A stretch of 64,000 nt of DNA from Bacteroidales bacterium UBA4293 (GCA_002395835.1 DGVD01000002.1:22678-86677); one strand, 5' to 3'. Shown: positions 35,104 through 45,818, counted from the first letter of the stretch. The notes: generated by a model not told the origin, from the letters alone. Program-made: numbers and translations.

Positions 35104-36756
35104 TTATTTGCAGTACTTATTTATAATAGTTTCTGCATTTTCATCGCCAAGTTCTTTTGCCTTTAGAAGATTCTTTCGAGCTTCTTTCTTGTCTCCTTCC
35201 ATAGCTTGTGCAAATCCAAGGAACCTATAACCGAAAGGATCATCTGGAAATAATTGGATTAACTGATTTGCAGAATTCTTAGTGGCTCCGTAATCTTTAA
35301 GGATAATATGTAAGTTAGAAAATTCCACTAATATATCGTGGTCTTCTGGTGCAAGTTTTAGAGCTTCTTTTATATCATCTTGTGCTTGTTGATACATTCT
35401 ACAATTTTTCTCTGCTAATTCTCTATTATAATAAAATTCAGCAGAAGCTCGTCCTCCATAGATGTGTTCCACTTCATTGTAACTGTTAACTGCGTCTTTA
35501 AATTTTCCGGCCTCTGCTTGATGAATTGCTAAAGTATACAAATATGGAGCGGCTTCATCGGGGTATGGCTTTTGGAATTGTGTAACGGCACTATCTAATA
35601 ATTCTATAATCTCATCACTACTAGCCCCTTGTCTTTCTTTACAATCAGCCATATAAGAATAGACCTCATAAGGCTTTAAATCAGATTTCAACAAACTTTC
35701 ATATATGGCATAAGCATTTTCATAATCACTAGAAGCAAAATAGATGTCTCCTTTAAGTTTCTTGTATATTGCAAATTGACTGTTAATAGCTAAAGCCTCA
35801 TCAATTTCTTTTAGTGCTTTTGAATAATCCCAATCTGCATTTTGGGATTGTGGTTGAAAGACTTTCACATTATAGATCAACTTGCTTATTTGGTAGTGTG
35901 CCTCTGCTTTATCTTTAGATAAGTTTAAGTATGTATTGATATCAGATTCCGCTTTTGTAAATTCCTCTTTGCTTGCATAATTTGTAGCTCTGCGAAGATA
36001 GCCTTCTGATTCATTTGGAAATTTTTCAATTAAACGATTTACAGCCTCCTCATTATTACCATTCATCATAACATAGACTAATGCTTCTTCTGCATTTTCA
36101 GGAATGTCTTTGGCAATTCCAATGCTGGTTAAATTATAATCATTTGCAGATAATGCAGATATGTTAAGTGAATTTGCATAGTTGCTATCTATTGCATAAC
36201 TTTCGTTAGCTCCTCCTTTTTGAGCTAGACCAATAACCTGACCTGCGTCGTTTAATACAGGGCAACTAACATTCTTATCTTCTAATCCTATATTTATAGT
36301 ATAAAACTTATAATTGTCTGCCACATCAGAAATAAGTTTGATTGTAGCCTTTTTTGCTCCCACATTTTTCTGTGTGGAATAGGGCAGCACATATATAGAT
36401 TGCCCTGAATTTGATGGATTGGTAGCTATTTTTAATGGAGCTATTTTTTTATTAGTATCAACTTTGAACTTTACGACATCATAAATTTCATTTGCACCCA
36501 ATATATACTTGACATCATATTTTTGACCTTCAACATCTATAACTGATGCTTTTTGTGCATTTTTAAACAATTTATAGTCTGCTATTGCTGTTCCGTCTGA
36601 ATTGATGTAAAAGCCATTTCCATTGTTTAGAATGTTTCCATCTTTGTCATAGGTTATAATTGAAATAACAGCTTTTTTTGCTTGATTGATCCAATTTTGG
36701 GCTGAAGTAGCCTGTATGAATCCAATGAATATAGACAATAAGAGTATTTTTTTCAT
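35104..36756 (-). CDS. Secreted protein with an N-terminal trypsin-like (apparently degenerate) domain plus a C-terminal TPR array
   Basis: Signal peptide MKKILLLSIFIGFIQATSAQ. GNGFYINSDGTAIADYKLF and CPVLNDAGQVIGLAQ resemble S1C protease strands. The C-terminal 300 aa carries multiple TPR units. Confidence 0.8.
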   Translation of the reverse strand: MKKILLLSIFIGFIQATSAQNWINQAKKAVISIITYDKDGNILNNGNGFYINSDGTAIADYKLFKNAQKASVIDVEGQKYDVKYILGANEIYDVVKFKVDTNKKIAPLKIATNPSNSGQSIYVLPYSTQKNVGAKKATIKLISDVADNYKFYTINIGLEDKNVSCPVLNDAGQVIGLAQKGGANESYAIDSNYANSLNISALSANDYNLTSIGIAKDIPENAEEALVYVMMNGNNEEAVNRLIEKFPNESEGYLRRATNYASKEEFTKAESDINTYLNLSKDKAEAHYQISKLIYNVKVFQPQSQNADWDYSKALKEIDEALAINSQFAIYKKLKGDIYFASSDYENAYAIYESLLKSDLKPYEVYSYMADCKERQGASSDEIIELLDSAVTQFQKPYPDEAAPYLYTLAIHQAEAGKFKDAVNSYNEVEHIYGGRASAEFYYNRELAEKNCRMYQQAQDDIKEALKLAPEDHDILVEFSNLHIILKDYGATKNSANQLIQLFPDDPFGYRFLGFAQAMEGDKKEARKNLLKAKELGDENAETIINKYCK

Positions 36757-36757
36757 T

Positions 36758-37504
36758 TTATTTCAATCTTCTTTGTTTTATAGCTTCATAAATAAGGATA
36801 CCTGCTGCAACAGAAACATTTAAACTTTCAATATTACCAAGAATTGGTATTTTCACCCATTCATCGCATTTAGCCAAATGTTCATATGGTATACCAGTAT
36901 CTTCAGCACCCATGATTAGACATAGTGGTGCTTTATAATCTGCTTTATCATAGTCGTAATCTCCTTTTTCTGTTGCGGCTATAATATGAAAACCTGAGTT
37001 TTTAAGGTAATTAATTGTTTCTAGAATATTTGTTTCACGACAAACAGGGAGTGTATGTAATGCCCCAGCAGATGTCTTTATTGCGTCAGCATTTACTGTC
37101 ACACTATTTTTTTGAGGGATAATAATGGCATCAACATTAGCACAGTTACATGTACGTGCTATAGCTCCAAAATTTCGCACATCTGTAATTCCATCTAGTA
37201 GTATAAAAAAAGGAATTTTTCCCTCGTCGTAGAGCATTGGAACTATCTGATCTACTTTCTGATAGGTAATAGGAGAAATGTATGCAATAACACCTTGATG
37301 GTTCTTTTTTGTAATCCGATTCAATTTCTCAATAGGTACTCTTTGTATGGGTGCATCCACAGATTTCAAAGCGGAAAACAGTTCTTTAGCTAAATCACCG
37401 CCAAGATCCCGTTTGATAAGTATCTTTTCAATCTCTTTTCCTGCATCTATGGCTTCTATTAATGCACGGATACCGAATATCATTTCATTCTTTTCATTCA
37501 TCAT
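36758..37504 (-). CDS. rlmB: 23S rRNA (guanosine-2'-O)-methyltransferase, TrmH/SpoU family
   Basis: IFGIRALIEAI (SpoU substrate-binding N-domain), LLDGITDVRNFGAIARTC, and LIMGAEDTGI...IPILGNIESLNVSVAAGI. Confidence 0.88.
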   Translation of the reverse strand: MMNEKNEMIFGIRALIEAIDAGKEIEKILIKRDLGGDLAKELFSALKSVDAPIQRVPIEKLNRITKKNHQGVIAYISPITYQKVDQIVPMLYDEGKIPFFILLDGITDVRNFGAIARTCNCANVDAIIIPQKNSVTVNADAIKTSAGALHTLPVCRETNILETINYLKNSGFHIIAATEKGDYDYDKADYKAPLCLIMGAEDTGIPYEHLAKCDEWVKIPILGNIESLNVSVAAGILIYEAIKQRRLK

Positions 37505-37508
37505 TTAT

Positions 37509-39173
37509 CTATTGTCTGAGTAGTTCTTTAGCATTGTTGATTGCTGCTTCTGTCAAGTTTTCACCACTTAGCATATGGGCTATTTCTTGAACTCGTTCTT
37601 CTGTATTTAAAACTACGATATGACTTAATGTTTCGTTGTCTTTATCTTCTTTAAATACTTTATAATGTACAGTTCCACGAGATGCGATTTGTGGCAAATG
37701 AGTAATGCTTATAACCTGTCTATTCTCTGATTTACTCATTTGCTTCATTATAATAGCCATTTTGTCTGCTATGCTTCCTGAAACACCTGTATCAATCTCA
37801 TCAAAAATGAGAGTTGGGAGATCGGTTGCTCCTGCCATTAGAGATTTTAGAGAAAGCATTACTCTGGCAATTTCACCTCCAGAAGCTATTTGTGAGAGTT
37901 CTTGTAATTTACCACCTTTATTAGCATTGAACAAGAAGCTAATTTCATCGGTACCATTTACACGAAAGTCTTTAGTTCCTTTTAGGTCTATTTGGAATTG
38001 TACATTAGGCATACCTAAGTTGCTTAATGTTTCAATCATTTGTTTGACTAAATTATTAGCTCCAGATTTTCGCTTCTCACTCAGTTTTTTTGCTAATGAA
38101 GATAATGTTTCTCTTTGCTTATTTAGTTTTTCAGTTATCAGATTAATCTGCTCGTCTGAATTGCTAATCAATTCTAGTTTCTTTTGTAATGACTCTTTAA
38201 GTTCCAAAAGTTCAGCAACAGTCTCCTTATTATGTTTTTTTTCTAACGTATAAATAGTATTCAGTCTTTCGTTTACATATTCCATACGTTCGGGATTGTA
38301 TTCTACATCATCCCCTTTACTTTCTATATCGTCTGCAATATCTTTTAATTCTATATACGAACTTTCTAGTCGTTCCAGCCATTCTTTTGTTGGAGTATAA
38401 AATTTGTCCACATTTTTAAGTTGGCTTAGAATGTTTCTTAACTGGCTGAGGATGGATATATCAGAATCTTGCAATAAATTGTTACATGAATAGAGGGATG
38501 ATTTTATCTCTTCCGAATGGCTAAGAATACCCAATTCCTCTTCTAATTGATTTTGTTCTTCAATTTCAAGATTAGCTTCATTTAACTGATTAAATTGAAA
38601 GTTGAGATAATCCTCTTCTTCTTTGTTTTTGCGAGCTTGTTCCTTTATATTTGCTAAATCCTGTTGCAGAGATTTATATATTAGATAATTATTTTTGTAT
38701 TCTATTAGTAATTCATGGTTATGGGCTACCGTATCTAATATCTCTAATTGGAATCCTTCATTATTTAATAAAAGATTTTTATGTTGAGAATGTATATCAA
38801 TAAGTTTCTCGCCCAATTCTTTTAATTGTGAAAGTTGAGCAGGGGTGTCATTGATGAATGCACGGCTTTTCCCTGATGCATATATTTCTCTACGTATAAT
38901 GCAATCATCTAATTCAAACTCAAAATCATTATCATCAAAAAAATCTTTTAGTTTATTGCTGTTTAAACTAAAATGACCTTCAATAATACATTTTGCTTTT
39001 CCATGCCGAATAGTTTTGCTATCAGCGCGTGCCCCTAATAGCAATCCAAGAGCACCTAAAATAATAGATTTTCCAGCTCCTGTTTCTCCTGTTATGACAG
39101 AAAAACCATTTTGGAAATTAATATTTAGTTGTTCAATTAAAGAATAGTTTTGAACAATTAGCGTTTTCAACAT
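37509..39173 (-). CDS. recN: DNA repair protein RecN
   Basis: Walker A GETGAGKSIILGALGLLLG, a long coiled coil, signature SGGEIARVMLSLK, and Walker B LIFDEIDTGVSG. Confidence 0.95.
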   Translation of the reverse strand: MLKTLIVQNYSLIEQLNINFQNGFSVITGETGAGKSIILGALGLLLGARADSKTIRHGKAKCIIEGHFSLNSNKLKDFFDDNDFEFELDDCIIRREIYASGKSRAFINDTPAQLSQLKELGEKLIDIHSQHKNLLLNNEGFQLEILDTVAHNHELLIEYKNNYLIYKSLQQDLANIKEQARKNKEEEDYLNFQFNQLNEANLEIEEQNQLEEELGILSHSEEIKSSLYSCNNLLQDSDISILSQLRNILSQLKNVDKFYTPTKEWLERLESSYIELKDIADDIESKGDDVEYNPERMEYVNERLNTIYTLEKKHNKETVAELLELKESLQKKLELISNSDEQINLITEKLNKQRETLSSLAKKLSEKRKSGANNLVKQMIETLSNLGMPNVQFQIDLKGTKDFRVNGTDEISFLFNANKGGKLQELSQIASGGEIARVMLSLKSLMAGATDLPTLIFDEIDTGVSGSIADKMAIIMKQMSKSENRQVISITHLPQIASRGTVHYKVFKEDKDNETLSHIVVLNTEERVQEIAHMLSGENLTEAAINNAKELLRQ

Positions 39174-39174
39174 G

Positions 39175-39948
39175 TCATTTGCCCTGTTCTCTCAAACGTA
39201 TTTTCATCAGTTCCCTTTTGGTGTCTAAAGTGAAATCTCCCTGTAAAATCCAGCCAAAATACCCGGGGTCTCTATGAAGTACATCCGTGACCTTCATTCC
39301 TCTATACTTACCAAATGTGAAAACTTCATTCCCATTTTCATCATATGCCATACGACCTGCGAAATCTACAGTCTTTGTCATTGTAGAGAATTCAGAAAGA
39401 AAATTCACATCATTTTTTAATTCATTAGGATAGTGATCCAATTGTGCTTGCAGTACCTCATACGTGGCTTTTGTGTCCGCTAAGGCTGAGTGTGCATCTT
39501 CTAAATTCTTTCCACAATAATATTTATATGCTGCAATTAGGGTTCTTTTCTCTAGTTTATGGTAGATATTCTGAACATCAATGAATTTATGCTTCCTGAG
39601 ATCTAAGTCTACGCCAACTCTCAAGAACTCTTCTACAAGAAGAGGAATGTCAAAACGATTAGAATTAAAACCGGCGATGTCACATCCTTCAAAAACTTTA
39701 GCAATGCTTTTGGCTACATCTTTAAATAGAGGACAATCTTTTACATCATCATCGGTAATACCATGAACTTGAGATGATGACTCTGGTATATGCATACCTG
39801 GATTAATACGCATATTCTTTGACTCTTCATTTCCGTTAGGATATACCTTGATATAACTTATTTCAACAATTCGATCCTTATTTATATCTGTGCCTGTTGT
39901 TTCCAGATCAAAAAAAATGATTGGATTCTTTAAATTGAGTTTCGCCAT
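39175..39948 (-). CDS. DEDDh 3'-5' exonuclease (DnaQ/epsilon-like) with a C-terminal extension
   Basis: ExoI FFDLETTG, ExoII GFNSNRFDIPLL, ExoIII HSALADTKATYEV. Confidence 0.88.
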   Translation of the reverse strand: MAKLNLKNPIIFFDLETTGTDINKDRIVEISYIKVYPNGNEESKNMRINPGMHIPESSSQVHGITDDDVKDCPLFKDVAKSIAKVFEGCDIAGFNSNRFDIPLLVEEFLRVGVDLDLRKHKFIDVQNIYHKLEKRTLIAAYKYYCGKNLEDAHSALADTKATYEVLQAQLDHYPNELKNDVNFLSEFSTMTKTVDFAGRMAYDENGNEVFTFGKYRGMKVTDVLHRDPGYFGWILQGDFTLDTKRELMKIRLREQGK

Positions 39949-39958
39949 TTTAAATAAA

Positions 39959-41086
39959 TTAATCGTTCAGCATCATTGGCATTAAAAGCATCAGTGTGTC
40001 TTCATCTTCATCTTGTTCAGCAGGAACGATTACACCTGAGCGTGCTGCATCTGCCAATTCTAACATGACATCCTCACTTGAAAGATTATTCAAAATGTCA
40101 ATTAAGAAAGTACCTTTGAAACCAATACTTATGTTCCTTCCATTATAAGAGCATGCCAAATGTTCTTCTGCCGCAGTAGAGAAATCAAGGTCTTTACTAC
40201 TTACTGTCAGTTCATTTTGAGAAAGAGATATCTTTACAAGCCATATTTCTTCAGCAGCAAATACTAAAACGCGCTTTAAGGCACTTATAAATGATTGTCT
40301 GTTTATTGTAACTATAAATGGATTGTCTGATGGAATTACAGAGTTATAGTTAGGGAAACGACCTTCAATGAGTCTACAAACCATTTTAAAACCTTCAGCT
40401 TTAAATGTTGCATTTCTGCCATCGAATAAGATTTGGACTTCACTGTCATCTTTACCTATTAATGACTTTAGCATTTGAGCTGGCTTTTTAGGCAGTACGA
40501 ATGAGGCTTTTTGATCGCTCTTTGTTGAAAAATTGCGGCATCTAACCAGTTTGTGACCGTCTGTAGCTACAATAGTTAAATCTTCTGTGGTGATATCGAA
40601 ATAAATGCCATTCATCACAGGACGTAAGGTGTCATCGGATGTAGCAAAAAGTGTTCTGGTTACAGAACTTAGTAAAACATTAGATTTTATATTTAAACTG
40701 ACAATACCTTCCTCGCTCAAACCGATAGGTTGAGGGTAATCTTCACCTTTTTGAGCAATAAGGTTATAATAACCATTTTGATATGAAATGGTCATTTCCA
40801 TGGTATTTAAATCCAATTGGAATGTAAGTGGTTGTTCTGGGATGTCCTTCAGCGCTTCTAAAACTTTTTTAGAATTTATGGCAAAGCATCCGTTTTCATT
40901 ACTTTCAATGAGATCTATTGATGCGGTTAAGGTTGTTTCACTATCAGATGCTGTAACTTTCAGTTGATTGTCATCAACATTAAATAGAAAACAATCTAAG
41001 ATAGCCAATGAGTTCTTAGGACTAACTACTCGGCCAATAGCTTGTAACTGGCTATATAAGGCCTTGCTTGAAACTACAAATTTCAT
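39959..41086 (-). CDS. dnaN: DNA polymerase III beta sliding clamp
   Basis: 375 aa. MKFVVSSKALYSQLQAIGRVV..., a three-domain length, and C-terminal LLMPMMLND. Confidence 0.95.
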   Translation of the reverse strand: MKFVVSSKALYSQLQAIGRVVSPKNSLAILDCFLFNVDDNQLKVTASDSETTLTASIDLIESNENGCFAINSKKVLEALKDIPEQPLTFQLDLNTMEMTISYQNGYYNLIAQKGEDYPQPIGLSEEGIVSLNIKSNVLLSSVTRTLFATSDDTLRPVMNGIYFDITTEDLTIVATDGHKLVRCRNFSTKSDQKASFVLPKKPAQMLKSLIGKDDSEVQILFDGRNATFKAEGFKMVCRLIEGRFPNYNSVIPSDNPFIVTINRQSFISALKRVLVFAAEEIWLVKISLSQNELTVSSKDLDFSTAAEEHLACSYNGRNISIGFKGTFLIDILNNLSSEDVMLELADAARSGVIVPAEQDEDEDTLMLLMPMMLND

Positions 41087-41125
41087 GGTTCTATATCAGT
41101 TTTTATTATTGTTCATTATAGGCTA

Positions 41126-41133
41126 CAAATTTA
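41126..41133 (-). promoter_or_regulatory. -7 promoter box (TAaaTTTG on minus strand) of dnaN
   Basis: The plus strand reads CAAATTTA, 40 nt upstream of ATG 41086. Confidence 0.55.
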
Positions 41134-41225
41134 CAAAAAAAGAAATACAATAGAGAAAAAAGTTCATGGAAAATTGGTTTATTAATTAGTATTTTACTAA
41201 TTTCGCATCGTTTTAAACTTAAATT

Positions 41226-41588
41226 ATGGAACTAAGCGGAAAAATAATTGCTGTACTTGAAAAAAGAAGCGGCGTAGGAAAATCTACAGGAAACCCATGG
41301 TCTGTTCAATCTTATGTTTTGGAAACACATGACCAGTATCCTCGTAAAATGTGTTTTGAGGTTTTTGGTGAAGATAAAATATCTCAATTCAATATTCAAC
41401 CTGGAGAAGAAGTAGTAGTATCTTTTGATATTGATGCTCACGAGTATCAGGGAAGATGGTTTAACTCTGTAAGGGCTTGGAAAGTTGATCGTCCACAGCC
41501 TACCCAGCAAGTTGCTCCTGAGACTGATTTACCACCTATTCCTCCTGTTGATTTCGGAAGTGGTTCTACAGATGACCTTCCTTTTTAA
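41226..41588 (+). CDS. DUF3127-domain protein (OB-fold-like)
   Basis: MELSGKIIAVLEKRSGVGKSTGNPWSVQSYVLETHDQYPRKMCFEVFGEDKI matches my memory of DUF3127. Confidence 0.82.
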   Translation: MELSGKIIAVLEKRSGVGKSTGNPWSVQSYVLETHDQYPRKMCFEVFGEDKISQFNIQPGEEVVVSFDIDAHEYQGRWFNSVRAWKVDRPQPTQQVAPETDLPPIPPVDFGSGSTDDLPF

Positions 41589-41603
41589 ATTAAACTTATT
41601 TAG

Positions 41604-41647
41604 AAAAAGCCCTCCAAAAACTAGATGTTATTGGAGGGCTTTTTTTA
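41604..41647. terminator. Bidirectional terminator between the DUF3127 gene and rho
   Basis: AAAAAGCCCTCCA (41604-41616) pairs with TGGAGGGCTTTTT (41632-41644), flanked by A and T runs. Confidence 0.85.
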
Positions 41648-43570
41648 TGAATTCATACTTAATAAAAATTCTTCGTTGCTATTAGTATTCTCTAGCCTTT
41701 GTTTTAGTTCTGTCATAGCCTCCAAAGGATTCATGTCAGATAGGAATTTGCGCAGAACCCACATTCTATCAAGAGTTTGCTTGTCATGCAATAAATCATC
41801 TCTACGTGTACTAGAAGCAACTAGATTAACAGCAGGGAAGATTCGTTTGTTAGCTAATGCCCTGTCAAGTTGAAGTTCCATATTTCCAGTACCTTTAAAC
41901 TCTTCAAATATGACATCATCCATTTTACTTCCTGTCTCGGTCAAAGCCGTTGCTATAATTGTCAGTGAACCACCATTTTCGATGTTTCTAGCAGCTCCAA
42001 AGAAACGTTTTGGTTTATGAAGTGCATTTGCATCAACACCACCTGAAAGCACCTTACCAGAAGCTGGTGATACCGTGTTATATGCTCTAGCAAGTCTTGT
42101 TATGGAGTCTAAGAATATTACAACATCATGACCACATTCAACCATTCTCTTTGCTTTTTCTAAGACGATTCCTGCAATTTTCACATGGCGTTCTGCCGGT
42201 TCGTCAAAGGTTGAAGCTATCACTTCTGCATTTACTGTGCGAGCCATGTCTGTAACCTCTTCAGGGCGTTCATCGATAAGAAGCATCATTAAATATGCTT
42301 CAGGATGATTTGCAGCAATTGCATTTGCAATATCCTTCATTAATATTGTTTTACCAGTTTTGGGTTGAGCAACAATTAATGCTCGTTGTCCCTTACCGAT
42401 AGGAGCGAATAAATCTACAACACGTGCAGAAATATTAGTATTAGGTTTACCGCAAAGGTTAAATTTTTCTTCAGGGAAAAGAGGTGTCAAATGTTCAAAA
42501 GGAACTCTGTCTCTAACTACTTCCGGATCCTTTCCATTGATACTTGTAACATGAACAAGAGGGAAATATTTTTCGCCTTCTTTTGGAGGTCTTATCGGTC
42601 CTTCTACCACATCTCCTGTCTGTAGACCAAACAATTTGATTTGTGCTTGGCTTACATATATATCATCTGGAGAACTAAGATAGTTGTAATCTGAAGAACG
42701 AAGGAATCCATATCCATCAGCCATAATTTCCAAAACGCCATCACCTGTAATTATATCATTAAATTCAATTGCTGGGTCAGGCTTTGATTCAATTTTGGGC
42801 TCTATTTCTTTTTTCTTTTCGGGGGTAGCTTCTGGATATTCGTCACTTATTTCTGATTTATTCTCGAATACTTCGCTATTAGACTCTAACTCTTCCTTGG
42901 ACTCTTCTTTTTTGGGCTTTTCTTTTGTCCGTTCTATTTCAAATCGAGCTAGAAAGTCAGAAGGAGATAGAATTCTGCCTGTATTGTTTGATGGCAGGTC
43001 TTCTATTGGGATAAATGTGCTCTCTGTTATAGAACCAGTTTCATTTTTATTTAATTCATCTAAATTAATGGGATTTATAAATTCTGCATTTTCAGTCTTA
43101 GTGGAATCTACAGAGTTTGATGTATTTGTATCTTCTTTTATAATATCTTCTTTAGGGATTCTATTCCTTTTTCTTGATGTACTCTTTTCTTCTTTTTTCT
43201 CTGAATCTTCAGGTCCTATTATTTTGTCTTTAGCTTTAACTTTTGAAACAGTTTCTTTTGGAGATTCTTCAATCGGATTTTCTTCTTCTACAATCTTGTT
43301 TACCTCTTTCTTCTGTTCATCAGTTTTTGAGTTAGCTAATTCTGTTTTTAGGGAGTTTTCTGTCTTAACAGATATAGCTTTCCTGACGATTCTTTTTCTT
43401 TTTGCAGGCACTTCAGGGGTAGCCTTACTTGAAGCTTCTGCTTGTTCATCCAAAATAGCATAGATTATTTGTTCTTTAGTCATCTTTGTGGTGACTTTTA
43501 AGCTTAGCTCTTTAGCTATTTCATTCAAATCAGCAACGGTTTTGCTGTTTAAATCTTCAATGTTATACAT
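41645..43570 (-). CDS. rho: Transcription termination factor Rho with a roughly 230-aa low-complexity N-terminal insertion
   Basis: N-terminal Rho_N ([17 protein letters not shown]). K/E/S/N-rich residues from about 45 to 275. Then the RNA-binding CSD ([16 protein letters not shown]), Walker A AQPKTGKT, and C-terminal [12 protein letters not shown]. Confidence 0.95.
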   Translation of the reverse strand: MYNIEDLNSKTVADLNEIAKELSLKVTTKMTKEQIIYAILDEQAEASSKATPEVPAKRKRIVRKAISVKTENSLKTELANSKTDEQKKEVNKIVEEENPIEESPKETVSKVKAKDKIIGPEDSEKKEEKSTSRKRNRIPKEDIIKEDTNTSNSVDSTKTENAEFINPINLDELNKNETGSITESTFIPIEDLPSNNTGRILSPSDFLARFEIERTKEKPKKEESKEELESNSEVFENKSEISDEYPEATPEKKKEIEPKIESKPDPAIEFNDIITGDGVLEIMADGYGFLRSSDYNYLSSPDDIYVSQAQIKLFGLQTGDVVEGPIRPPKEGEKYFPLVHVTSINGKDPEVVRDRVPFEHLTPLFPEEKFNLCGKPNTNISARVVDLFAPIGKGQRALIVAQPKTGKTILMKDIANAIAANHPEAYLMMLLIDERPEEVTDMARTVNAEVIASTFDEPAERHVKIAGIVLEKAKRMVECGHDVVIFLDSITRLARAYNTVSPASGKVLSGGVDANALHKPKRFFGAARNIENGGSLTIIATALTETGSKMDDVIFEEFKGTGNMELQLDRALANKRIFPAVNLVASSTRRDDLLHDKQTLDRMWVLRKFLSDMNPLEAMTELKQRLENTNSNEEFLLSMNS

Positions 43571-43682
43571 ATAATATTTTTAAGATTATTCAATAGCGAC
43601 GAATGTCGTTCATGGAATAATAGTGTTATAATAAAAATCGATGATTTGTAACGGTTAAATGAACCTTTTTTATTTGATGTTG

Positions 43683-43690
43683 CAAATATA
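43683..43690 (-). promoter_or_regulatory. -7 promoter box (TAtaTTTG on minus strand) of rho, giving a leader of about 105 nt
   Basis: The plus strand reads CAAATATA, 113 nt upstream of ATG 43570. Confidence 0.5.
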
Positions 43691-43799
43691 GTGATATTTT
43701 TTTATAATTACTTTAGAATATATCTTTTTTTATGTTTTTAAGATGAAAATACTTAAACAAGACTTTTTTTTGCTATATTAGCACTCTATTAAATAAAAT

Positions 43800-44990
43800 A
43801 TGACAAAAAAGAAATACATTTCTATACGTTTTTGGCAGTGTTGCTCTCTTGTTTTATTCCTAATAATATTAGGGATGATAGGTGCATATGCATATTATAG
43901 TCATAAGGAAACAGAACGATTCCAAATAGTTAGTGAACTTTCTGGCAATATATTTCCGTCGGCAATTCTTTCTACTGCTTCTACTGGAACACAAGTTATT
44001 CAGCCTAGTATTAAAAATTATGTTGGTAACCCTCAAGTTGAATTTGGTATACGTGTCAAAGCGACTTCAAAAAATTGCAGGGTACATATAGAACTATCTG
44101 AAACACCTTATTTTGCTCGATCAGTTTCAGATTTTGTGCTTCCCATTAAAGATATGGTTTATATGATATATCCTGATGTTTTATGGGATTATGATGCTTT
44201 AAAAAACAACTCTCAACCACAACCTATTTCATTTTCGGTTTCTTTAAAAGTAGATGGTGAAAAACCTATTCAAAAGATTACGACAATGTCTATGCGTTCT
44301 ATAAACGAATGCTTACTTTGTTATAAAGACGAGAATATGAAACTTCATGATACAAGTTTATATTTTGCAGCTTATGTGAATGAGGATCATCCCATGATAG
44401 ATATCTTGCTTAGAGAAGCTTTAAATACTAAGATTGTGCGTAAATTCGTAGGTGTACAGCAGGGGGAGAAACAAGTTGATAAGCAAGTTTATGCATTATG
44501 GAATATGCTCCAAAAACGGCATTTTACCTATAGCTCTATTTCATATAGTAGTTTGTCATCTAACATGATTTATTGTCAAAAGGTTAGAACAATAGATGAT
44601 GCATTACAATCTGCACAGATTAATTGTGTTGATGGGACAGTTTTGTTTGCTTCACTGCTTCGTGCCATAAACATCGAACCTGTAATGATTCGTGTTCCTG
44701 GGCATATGTTTATAGGGTATTATACTGATACAAAAAATGAGAAACTTCAGTTTTTAGAAACAACAATAATTGGTGACGTCAGTTTGGACGAGTATTTCCC
44801 AGATGAGAAATTGGATTCAATTTCAGGCACTAAGACACAGTCTGAAATGTCTCGTCTCACTTTTGATAAAGCTAAGGAATATGCTACTAAAAAATATGAA
44901 GAAATTAAAGAAAATACTGGGGATGAGAGTTGCCAATTCCTTAGAATATCTAAATCTATTCGGTCAAAAATACAATCTATAGGAAGATAA
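43800..44990 (+). CDS. N-terminally anchored protein with a transglutaminase-like Cys/His/acid core
   Basis: TM anchor MTKKKYISIRFWQCCSLVLFLIILGMIGAYAYY. Ordered motifs QINCVDGTVLFASLLRA ... VPGHMFIGYY ... FLETT. Confidence 0.78.
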   Translation: MTKKKYISIRFWQCCSLVLFLIILGMIGAYAYYSHKETERFQIVSELSGNIFPSAILSTASTGTQVIQPSIKNYVGNPQVEFGIRVKATSKNCRVHIELSETPYFARSVSDFVLPIKDMVYMIYPDVLWDYDALKNNSQPQPISFSVSLKVDGEKPIQKITTMSMRSINECLLCYKDENMKLHDTSLYFAAYVNEDHPMIDILLREALNTKIVRKFVGVQQGEKQVDKQVYALWNMLQKRHFTYSSISYSSLSSNMIYCQKVRTIDDALQSAQINCVDGTVLFASLLRAINIEPVMIRVPGHMFIGYYTDTKNEKLQFLETTIIGDVSLDEYFPDEKLDSISGTKTQSEMSRLTFDKAKEYATKKYEEIKENTGDESCQFLRISKSIRSKIQSIGR

Positions 44991-44996
44991 TTAATT

Positions 44997-45818
44997 ATGA
45001 AAAAATTCATTTCACCTCACGGATGGTTTTCCATAAATTATCCAGACAACTGGTTCGAATTTGAGGATGAGGAGGGCAGTTTCCTTTTCTATGATCCCAA
45101 TCGATGGACTGGAAATTTGAGAGTTTCTGCATTCAAAGACTTTTCCAAGAATTATGCACACCAAATGCTTGAGGATGAGCAGAAAAATTATCCTAACGCT
45201 TATATAAAAAATATCAGTGGATGGGAATCTGTCATTACAAGAGAAGATTTTACAGAAGAAGGTCATGAATATACTAGTTATGTATATTTACTTGGCAAGG
45301 GAAATACGGTGTTAGAATTTACTTTTACAGCCTTTAAAGGAGTTGTTCCTAAGGAAGTAGAACAAGTTATATCAACATTAGTTATCCGTGATGAACGTAA
45401 GTCCTATCCAAAAGAGATCATACCGATACGCGTGTGGGAAATGCACCAAATTGATGAGGCTTTTGATTGGGTTTCTAAAACTGTAAAAAATAGCCAGAAG
45501 AAAGATTTTACTGGTTGCTATGAAGATATTGCTAAGATACAATATCTTATCGATAGTAATATCTATCCTCCAGGTCAGAGACAAACTTGGGAAGCAATAG
45601 GCATTGCATTTGGAGTAATTCTTACTAATGAGATGGATGGTATGGAATGGGTTACAGTTGTTGATGGGAAAAATGAGTATCCCGCACTTCAGTTCGCAGG
45701 TACAGATTTTTATCTTGAGCCTATGAAGTTTCTTTCTGATGCAATAAAACAAGCTGATAAAATAGATTTAGCAGCTACATTTGACTCTATAAAAGACGAA
45801 ATAGAATCCCAACTTTAA
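44997..45818 (+). CDS. Cytoplasmic two-domain hypothetical protein (DUF3805/DUF3806-like)
   Basis: 273 aa with no signal peptide. The N-terminus GWFSINYPDNWFEFEDEEGSFLFYDP is typical of DUF3805 as I recall it. Confidence 0.72.
   Translation: MKKFISPHGWFSINYPDNWFEFEDEEGSFLFYDPNRWTGNLRVSAFKDFSKNYAHQMLEDEQKNYPNAYIKNISGWESVITREDFTEEGHEYTSYVYLLGKGNTVLEFTFTAFKGVVPKEVEQVISTLVIRDERKSYPKEIIPIRVWEMHQIDEAFDWVSKTVKNSQKKDFTGCYEDIAKIQYLIDSNIYPPGQRQTWEAIGIAFGVILTNEMDGMEWVTVVDGKNEYPALQFAGTDFYLEPMKFLSDAIKQADKIDLAATFDSIKDEIESQL

Noticed and set aside
37705-38253. 182-aa plus-strand ORF inside recN
   Set aside because: It is an antisense shadow of the recN coiled-coil region, and recN is unambiguous on the minus strand.
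42795-43463. 222-aa plus-strand ORF rich in S/F/L
   Set aside because: It lies antisense to the low-complexity K/E/S insertion of rho, where repetitive codons leave the opposite strand free of stop codons. It has no promoter box or start context.
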